Source of the DNA: Octopus vulgaris
Lineage: Eukaryota
DNA length: 64,000 nucleotides
Direction: 5' to 3'
Assembly (NCBI GenBank): GCA_951406725.2
Contig: OX597827.1
Span: 25,606,001-25,670,000 of the forward strand
The notes beneath the pieces were generated by a model. It worked only from the letters and a program-made list of their open reading frames with translations, was not told the origin of the DNA and did no database searches. Positions 54,833 through 64,000 of the stretch are shown piece after piece. Numbering within the stretch: the stretch's first letter is position 1; every line of letters begins with the position of its first letter. The position numbers and the translations under genes are program-made.

Positions 54833-55149
54833 ATTATTATTAAGTTGCTTTATTTTTTACATCAAGCCGGATATTAGCCCGAGTGGTTTTGAGTTGAGCT
54901 CTTCCACAGCAAAATAGTTTGGCAGAAGGATTGCTTGTTTGCTGAAGCACTTGAATGGTTTGAATTTAAGAATTCTGACTAATAGTTCCTATTCTTATGC
55001 ATGGATGTGGTCGAACGGTATTTAAAATTGGTTAGTGATTAGGGTTTGCCATATGAAGTGTGTCTCCCATTTTATCGAATTTGGTGATAAACTCACCAGC
55101 GAAACCCAATCGCTTAATAGTGGTAACGGTCGGTCTTTGAACATATAGT

Positions 55150-55510
55150 CTCTAGTAAGCGGTATTGAGAGAAGCATTAAACTGATATTCTCGGGACCTT
55201 TGACTGGAATCACCGGCAAGAATTTTGTTAATTCTTCTCATTATACAAGACTTATTTCTCAAATTCTGCCTTGCCCGATCTAAGACTTCAGATGATACAT
55301 TTTAGCTGCCGAGTGCATCGACTTTAAGGACCAACCGACAATATTGCAGTGATTTCTGCTGGGATGAGTCTTCGTCATGTTGCTCTCTGCTTGGTCATGT
55401 CAGGCGAGATTCAGTGGTAGTTTAAATATGGCGTGCACAGTTCTACCACCCACAAACAATACCGCAATGTCACTTGAAACCCCAGTGAAAACCGTGTCGC
55501 TCGGACACTG
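55150..55510 (-). pseudogene. Helitron Pif1-like helicase fragment
   Basis: VSSDIAVLFVGGRTVHAIFKLPLNL, SLDRARQNLR and ILPVIP match Pif1 SSGIAAxLLxGGRTAHSxFKLP / LDRTLQDLR / QILPVIP. Confidence 0.7.
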
Positions 55511-55574
55511 ATTATTTTCATTAACCATTTTCGTCCCCCCCTCTCTCTCTATATATATATATACGTTTATATAT

Positions 55575-55982
<408 letters not shown>

Positions 55983-55984
55983 AT

Positions 55985-56172
55985 AATTTAGAGAAAAAAC
56001 CTCTATTAAATAATTCAAGAAAGTACAACAAATAGTAAATAATAGTAAAAAGACTACGCACGTTTCGTGGCTATATTTTCAAATAGATAATAATAATAAA
56101 ATCAATTCGATTTAAAATTAAATCGAACTAAAATTAATTTTATTAAAAAATATAGTCACTCATCAAGTCTAA
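55985..56172 (-). mobile_element. Penelope-like terminus with long-stem-II hammerhead (56051-56170)
   Basis: Minus AGAC-TTGATGA-GTGACTATATTTT...AAAATATAGCCAC-GAAAC-GTGC-GTA-GTCT. Confidence 0.65.
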
Positions 56173-56202
56173 GATAATAAATAATAAATAATAATAATAA
56201 TA

Positions 56203-56262
<60 letters not shown>

Positions 56263-57502
56263 TTTTATTCTTTTACTTATGTATATATGTGTGTGTATGT
56301 ATATATTTGTATATGAGTGTGTTTTTATATGTCTGTGTGTGTGTCTCTCAGTGTATATAATTGTTTGTGTTGTGATTTAGAGATCTGTTTGTATTTTCCT
56401 ATTAATATATATTTGATGCAAAGCCCAAATGCCGCAAACGTATCTTTGGACATTTAAATCAAATCTATATTAATAGAAAAATAAATGTTTGCTGGTAGAA
56501 TGTAATTACGTGTCTTTGTTTCTCACTAACGCTGCGGAAATGGAACTCTGATTATCTTCTTTCTAACCTACAAAGTTATTTTTTACATAAAGACATAGAA
56601 GCAGAGTTATATTGTCAAGAATTTCAATTCACAACGACATAGTCCAGTGTTCGATCGTCCTGCAATGCATGGCAATTTGATGAAGTATTTTCTGCTGAAT
56701 AAATACGCCAAAATGTTTCAAGGAGTTTTATATAGTTACCCGCTGGTATAGGTTACCATTTCATTCTTCCTTTGCATATATCCTGTATTCTTACTAACTC
56801 CACATTCGCTCGATATTATTCATACAGCTTCAGAATCACTGAAACTATTGTGATGCATGCTAATTAATAAGCACTTTAATTATTAACGAGAAATAACTGA
56901 ATACCACTCAGTTTTGTTGACAGTTTAATTAAAGAGTGGGATAATATAGTTCCAGGCTCATTTTACTGTTATTTAATCGAATCCGTATTGAAAAGAAATA
57001 TGATGGCCATTTCAAATCTTTTATTTTTCTAAACATCCTTGCAGAGAATATATGCTTCTTTGTGATTTTATTTCTCCAAAATGTGTTATCATTAATTCTG
57101 GTTTACTAAATAATAATATATTATAAAGCATAAGTGTGCGTTTTCTAATTTGTATCGAAAAGGTTGGAATTTGTAGAAGTGAAATTAGAATATTTTTGTA
57201 ATATGTTCCTCCATTGCCTCAATGTTTAGTCTCACTTCTTTAAGGAGTTCCATAACGATTGCTACTGTTTGATATATTTAAACCAGTATGTCTTAAACTT
57301 CCTTCCAGATCGCTTCCTAACAAACATGTCTTTCGCGATCCTCTTTCAGCGGCAAAGAAACAAACAAAAAAAAACCTCGTAAAATGCACAACCGTTTAGA
57401 AATAGGATAAAGTTACACAACATTTTACCATTAACGCTACACATATACTGGTTTGTTTTGGCGTGAAATACCAAACTGTACCTTCACATTTGTCCGTGGT
57501 GT

Positions 57503-57716
57503 AGGCGGCAAGCTGGCAGAATTGTTATCGCGCCGGACAAAATGTTTGACAGCATTTCGTTCGTCTCTACGTGCTGAGTTCAAATTCTGCTTAGGTCGAC
57601 CTTGCTTGTCATCCATTCGGGGTCGATAAAATAAGTACCAGCTGAACACTGGAGTCGATGCCATCGACCTACACCTCCCCTAACATTGCTGGACTTGTGC
57701 CAAAATTAGAAATCAG
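57503..57716 (+). mobile_element. Family C SINE
   Basis: aggcggcaagctggcagaa head; cttgtgccaaaattagaaa tail. Confidence 0.8.
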
Positions 57717-58719
57717 TATTTATTAGTGGTGTTTTGAAATATTTCTACTTATTCAATATATGTGTTTACTAAAGGATGAACGTGCACTCTTTTACTTTAT
57801 ATGGAAAGAAATGGAAGAAAGACTGGCACCTTGTGTTGGACGATTCTGTATCTTATTCAACCAATTACTTGGACCTCCCCCCAACATATTGCACCCATAC
57901 CACGTTTATAACCTATTGAAACTTGGACATAGTTAAATTTACTGATAAAATAACTGCTTCGGAATTGCTTGTCCCTAGATATGAGTTACTCAGCATTGAT
58001 CTGTTTGGTCATAACATTTAAATGACAAATTATTTCCAGGTAAAATTTGTTGAAGCTTGTAGCCTTTATTGCCTGTTTCCATGGTTTGATATACACGGAC
58101 GCTCCAGCTTTACATTGCAAAATGAAAATGCTTATTTTCCAACCTTACAGACACATATCACGTTCATTAAAACTTTAGAACCATTTCTCAAAATATCGAA
58201 ACGGTTTACAGCTATTTCCTGACAAAATATGAATTCTGTTTCTAGTTTTCTGAACGCTCATATCTTGGACCATATTTTTGCTGATACTTGGATCTCGTAT
58301 CTTGGCATCGATTTTCAAATATACGTATCGTTGAATCATATTGATTATATTAACTGCTCCTTATATTATCGAACTTACCTTTAAAAACATGTTTGCAGTC
58401 ACTCATTTCTCTCAATGAATTCTACGATTAATGAGTTCAGTAGATGAATCCCTTGTAGTTTTAATTTTATCCTAAAGTTCTACATTTTTGACGCCACAGC
58501 TGCTGCGCTGTCTCTAGAAACACCAGTGCGATTATACCGTTCTATAACTCGCTTTCAGGAAACTATCAGCATCTGTTTTACGTCCATCTAATGATTAACA
58601 CTATAACTGACGAAGACGTATAAGTTGACCTGCATTTGTAATATTGGTCAAAATTCCGAAAATGAATTGCAGATTTGATACATGATTTAATACTTTCAAA
58701 CATCTTCTGAAAATGGTTG

Positions 58720-59126
58720 GGATCTTTTCGGTTTGAACGGCAGTTTTTAACATAATTTCTAGGTAACTAAAAAATGTTAAACTTCGTATACTGGTAGAAT
58801 GTGTTTATAAAACATCTTTTTCTCTTGGCTTTATTGAGAAAATTCTATAGTTTGTAAGATATTTGTTTTTTTTCTTCAATTTCTGCAATTTCAACCAATC
58901 ACTGACGTCTATTGAGGTAAAAACATACTGTGCCGTATGAATATGTCCCTCGTTTAAGAAACAGATTGGGTTATTTACATTTCTGAAGAAAAAAAAGATA
59001 CCCTTCCCCCCACCCCTAACCCTAAAACAGATTGAAATGCAATATATCGATACTAGGGTCATAATTATGGGTGACAATTTCATATGACACCGCTAGAAAA
59101 AACTGCCGTTCAAACCTAAAAGATCC
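58720..59126. mobile_element. 407-bp MITE with 29-bp TIRs and a perfect 8-bp TSD
   Basis: ggatcttttcggtttgaacggcagttttt / aaaaactgccgttcaaacctaaaagatcc; TSD aatggttg at 58712-58719 and 59127-59134. Confidence 0.9.
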
Positions 59127-59929
59127 AATGGTTGCTGTTAAGTTCTTCATTTCTTTTGAATCAGTTTTGCAATGGCAATGTTATTTCATCTGCATTACTC
59201 TTATGATTTCCGTGATTTTCCTTATTCCTTAAACGTATTTAGTTTCTTCCTTTTTACAATTAAGACCAAGATTTCGTGTGAAGTTCTTACATATTTTTCT
59301 CGAAGAAATATCTTCTTTAAAGAATAGCATTCCTTGCTCTTACGAACATTTCAGTTGTCTGTGGGAAGATAGTACAGATTTATATCTGCGTATGTAGCAC
59401 CTGTTATAACGAGACATCCTCTACCGCTTATTATTTTATACGCACATTTGGCAAATCTACACAACAAATTAAATAGTTGATGTGCTGCTCTTTATATTAA
59501 GAAGAAAAGTGAATCCATGTTGCCAAACTTTTTTTTTGCTTGAGATTGTCCTTCTGCACTTTTATTCCTTTCCTCATAAGTATTATTATTGCTTCTGGAG
59601 TCAGTAGGAATCGTCACTTGAAGACTGTTTTGCATCTAGTTATAATTTGATGATTTTAACAATCGTTGGAGGGTTATATTTTCAAATTACCGTCATAGAA
59701 CATGAATTACTATGTTGAATATACTGTAAAACACCCCGAATTTTAATTAGAATTAGAGAAGACAGTTTTATTTAAATAGAAATACTTAAATTCTATATCT
59801 TAAATGACATTTAATCATCGTTTTGCGTTCATTGAATCAATCTTAATGATATAGTGACGTGGTGAACGGAGAAACTGTTTAATTATTTCGCTATCGTTTT
59901 GTTTTATTTCATATTTTAGCGGTTTCAGT

Positions 59930-60898
59930 AATGCTGGGGTACTGCTTTTAAGGGTTTATTCAAACAAATCGACCCCAATGCTTATTTAAGCTTGGTTCTT
60001 GATACTATCGCTCTTCTACCGAACCGCTAGATTACGAGGACGTAAACTAATGCAAATACAAATGGAAGCACAACACACACAAATATATATGCGACAGACT
60101 CCCACACTGTTTCCGACTACAGTATATGCTGACAAGTTATTATTGTTCGAGCCAAGGCTTGAGTAGCAGACATTTGCTAAAGGTGTAGTGGAGCGTCAGT
60201 GGAATTGAGCTCGAACATGTTCAAAATATCTTCGGTTGTTCGTGAGTGACCAAAGGTCCAATCTTGATGTGACATCCCACATTGCCAAAGCACCAGCAGC
60301 AACTGACCAAATTCAGAGCACTGTGGAAAGAGGGAAATATCTCAAAGAGCCACAAAATTAGGCTAATAACATCACTTGTGATCTCACTATTTCTGTACTC
60401 CTGTGAGACATGGACACTGACAGCACAAATCGAAAGAAGAATCGAGGTTACAGAGATGAAAAGTTTCAGGAGACTTTTGGGAATATCATACAGAGATCGT
60501 GTCACAAAAAGGGGGAAGTGAGAAGAAGAATAAGGCAGGCAATAGAGACCTCTGAGGGACCTCTTAACGCAATAAAGAAACGCATACTCAGGTGGTTTGG
60601 GCATGTGACCCAATCATCAGGGATGGCCAAAACAATACTTCAGCGGACAGTCAAAAGTGGAAAACCCATAGGCAGAGAGAGAAAGAGGTAGAAAACAACG
60701 TTTATGAATGGACAGGCCTAAAGATGAGAAATGCAGTGCGCGAGGCAATAGAGAGAGACAGGTGGCAGGATCTGGTCGTGAGGCCATCAGTGGTGCTCAA
60801 ACTGTCAACCAGACGAAGGAATATGTAATGTAATGGAGTGGAGCTGAACCCGAAACCGTACGTTGTATGGTAAGTTTCTTACCTACACAGCCATGCTT
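59930..60898 (-). mobile_element. Old family A SINE split by an RTE insertion
   Basis: Tail/body at 59930-60218 and head at 60835-60898 match the reverse complement of 29461. Confidence 0.65.
60220..60834 (+). pseudogene. 5'-truncated RTE-clade LINE 3' fragment
   Basis: KIRLITSLVISLFLYSCETWTL..RRLLGISYRDRVT; LRWFGHV..AKTILQ; (ATGTA)n tail. Confidence 0.8.
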
Positions 60899-61913
60899 AC
60901 ACATTTTCAAAATTGAATTATCTCAACAAGTACCTACTATTATGAAACAGCTCACTGCCAATAATGATTATATTTCAAAATAGTGAATTCAAAAAATTTG
61001 TTGTGAAAACCATTAACGCCATTCATGAAAAATATGTTGCTGTCTGGGAATAATAATCCTCCATTAAACTTATTCCACAGCGTGGTAAATGTCGTGTGTT
61101 GCTAAACTAAATACGCTACACATCATTACAAAATTAATAATCGATCGTACTGAATTTACAGGAATGAATGCTGATAACAAAATATAGAACTGTGTTAAAA
61201 TATATTTCGTGGCAACATTAAAAATATCTTTTTATGGTAAACATTTCATGCCATCTCGCTTAATGTGGAACGGCAATATGAAAGAAAACTGAACACGACA
61301 ATACAATATCAGTCCGTTTAACAGATGCTTTTGTTCAGCTTGGCTCATACTTGTAATTTTATATTATAGACGAATTTTCATGCGTATTTATTTAAGCTTT
61401 TTTCTGAAACCAATAAAATATTATTGCCAAAGCATTTCGCTATTCTCGATGTAATTTCCACGAGAGCAAATAATTTTTACGCAGTTACTCGGCGTGGCAA
61501 GAGATCCATATTATATGATCTACCACTTTATACATATGTCTCTGCGTGACATTTTGGGCAAGTGCCTAATATTATAGCCTTGGGCCGACCAATGCATTAT
61601 AAATGTATTTCATAGAGGGAAACGGAAAAAAGCCCGTCGTAATGTGACCGCGTGTGTACCGTTGGCGATTTTTTCCCCTCTGTCTTCCCTTCTTTCCTGA
61701 GCGTCCAATAATACTATATTTGTTCCACGTCCTCGCGTTGTTGTGTTTTTTGGTGCTTTCTTGTTTGGATTAACTATATATATATATATATATATATAAA
61801 ATAATATGTTACATTACTGACTATCGAGTAATATAACATTATTTTATAGATAAATGTCCTCTATTTACATAATATTGAGGTCTCTTTCTTTCTTTTGTTA
61901 TCTTACCGTTTTA

Positions 61914-61953
<40 letters not shown>

Positions 61954-62000
61954 TGTATATATATATACGTACTTAAGGGATATTATATATATATATATAT

Positions 62001-62525
62001 ATATTATATTAAATTAGAGATGAAACCACTATTAGGCAAATCATACAATGAAAACTTAAGCCAATACATAAGATTAATTAATTTATAGTATTTTAAATAT
62101 ATATCAAAATTATTAAAAAAAAGATATTGAGTATAACACTACCATCGTTTCATCGCTGTCCAATTCGTAAAAATATAGAGTTTATTATAAGTAAAATTAT
62201 TATATTATATATATTATTTATATCTTAAAAATATTGTTTAAATATTTCTGATTATATTTTAGATATTTCAATCACCTGAAGATTGACTGTAACTCGAATT
62301 TTTACGAATTGGACAGCCATGAAACGATCGTAGTGTTATACTCAATATCTTTTTTTAATAATTTTGACATATATTTAAAATAATATAAATTAATTAATCT
62401 TATGTATTGGCTTAAGTTTTCATTGTATGATTTGCCTAATAGTGGTTTTATCTCTAATTTAATATAATATAATATTTTACTATAAAATTGGATCCCTGTG
62501 AGTTTGGATTTATTCCCTAATATTT

Positions 62526-62530
<5 letters not shown>
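62001..62530 (+). mobile_element. Fold-back element with ~174-bp arms and hammerhead (62273-62335)
   Basis: Arms 62001-62174 and 62298-62470; CAC-CTGAAGA-TTGACTGT..ACAGCCAT-GAAAC-GATC-GTA-GTG. Confidence 0.8.
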
Positions 62531-62568
<38 letters not shown>

Positions 62569-62569
<1 letters not shown>

Positions 62570-62938
62570 TATTAAATTAGAGATAAAACCACTATTAGGC
62601 AAATCAAACAATGAAAAACATAAGCCAATACATAAAATTAATTAATTTATATTATTTTAAATATATATCAAAATTATTAAAAGTTTAATAAAAGATAATG
62701 ATAAAAGATAGTGTTTTACTCATTATCTTTTATTAAACCTTTAATAATTTTGATATATATCTAAAATAATATAAATTAATTAATTTTATGTATTGGCTTA
62801 TGTTTTTCATTGTTTGATTTGCCTAATAGTGGTTTTATCTCTAATTTAATATAATATAATATTTTACTATAAAATTGGATTTAATCCTAAATCTGATTTT
62901 TCCCTGTAAGTTTGGATTTATTCCCTAATATTTTATTA

Positions 62939-62940
<2 letters not shown>
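62569..62940 (+). mobile_element. Second, shorter fold-back copy of the same family (near-perfect ~280-bp palindrome)
   Basis: Arms 62569-62701 and 62720-62852; shares the 3' extension ..gtttggatttattccctaatattttatta; flanked by (TA)n. Confidence 0.8.
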
Positions 62941-62991
<51 letters not shown>

Positions 62992-63129
62992 TTAGTTCGC
63001 TTACAGGAAACGATTATGAGTACCCATATAAAAGCCCAGATGTTATTATGCCGGCTACATCCTAGTGATTTCAAATTACCACAGACAAATTATATGGGAC
63101 AGTACCAAATTGTGCTGATATAACGTAGG

Positions 63130-63206
<77 letters not shown>

Positions 63207-63212
63207 ATGATG

Positions 63213-63264
<52 letters not shown>

Positions 63265-63286
63265 GGTGATGATGATGATGATGATG

Positions 63287-63377
<91 letters not shown>

Positions 63378-63390
63378 CAACAACAACAAC
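63130..63390. repeat. (AAT)n/(GAT)n microsatellite
   Basis: Seen directly. Confidence 0.95.
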
Positions 63391-63927
63391 TGCCCTGATG
63401 CAGTAGCAGGCAGTGGCTCACATGGCTTCTGATCTTAACTGATTGTAAGTGTTATCATGTACATTGTTTTGTCTTGGTATAAAAGATGGTCTACAGCAAA
63501 AATTCTGCTCAATACCACAGATTTGCTTGTCAGTTGTTTAACCTTAACCAGTTGAACATGTCCCTTAGAGGCTGACGATATGTGCATCTCTGATCACGAG
63601 CAGAAGTAGTGGGGGGAGCATCATAGCCATGTGTTGAAAGGAATTCTCAGAGGTTTAAATAATTCACCTTTGGAAACATGGGTGTCCTTAAACAATCCTT
63701 ATTCAGGTACCTTTTGAGTGGGATGGGTTACTCGACCTGAAGAAAATTCTAACTGGGCCCCACCTGGAAGGTCATGCGCTGTTTATCTTGATATGAGATC
63801 ACAAGATATGGTTGTGATGCATGTGCCCGGTGCACCCTTATCAGACGGGTAGTCATGATTGGTATACTTGGCTTCGTATATTTTACCCCAGTGTCACTTT
63901 GATGGCATGCACTGCTCTCTCACTCAA
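63391..63927. mobile_element. Second copy of the ~550-bp (TAA)n-flanked element
   Basis: Colinear with 46150-46700; another copy begins at 63975. Confidence 0.8.
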
Positions 63928-64000
63928 TAATAATAATAATAATAATAACAACAATAACAATAATAATAAATAAATACCCTGATACAGTATCAGGCAGTGA

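Noticed and set aside
58480-58560. Minus peptide VIERYNRTGVSRDSAAAVAS (integrase- or hAT-like)
   Set aside because: A single ambiguous motif with no supporting neighbours

Overview
AT-rich, microsatellite-dense metazoan DNA that is almost entirely repeats. It is most likely Octopus/coleoid cephalopod, inferred from the tRNA-derived SINE families and the density of (TA)n, (TAA)n and (CA)n tracts. No intact host gene is evident, and most ORFs in the track are simple-repeat artefacts. Recognisable content: (1) a near full-length, disabled Tx1/L1-clade LINE (~49.1-54.5 kb) embedded in (ATT)n; (2) fragments of RTE, R4/Dong, pogo/Tigger, DD41D Tc1/mariner and Helitron elements; (3) an 8-bp-TSD MITE; (4) many modular SINEs. 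The main signal no ORF explains is about 14 minimal type-I hammerhead-ribozyme motifs from roughly ten unrelated sequence families. Most have palindromic stem-III regions and sit in fold-back, direct-repeat or TIR+TSD mini-elements, often next to (TA)n, which points to a diverse population of non-autonomous Penelope/retrozyme-like elements. Other highlights are a SINE tail shared with the Tx1 3' UTR and an isolated Cys-loop-receptor signature (KYLPFDIQVC) in a possible 66-nt exon. All calls were made by eye without database searches, and boundaries are approximate.
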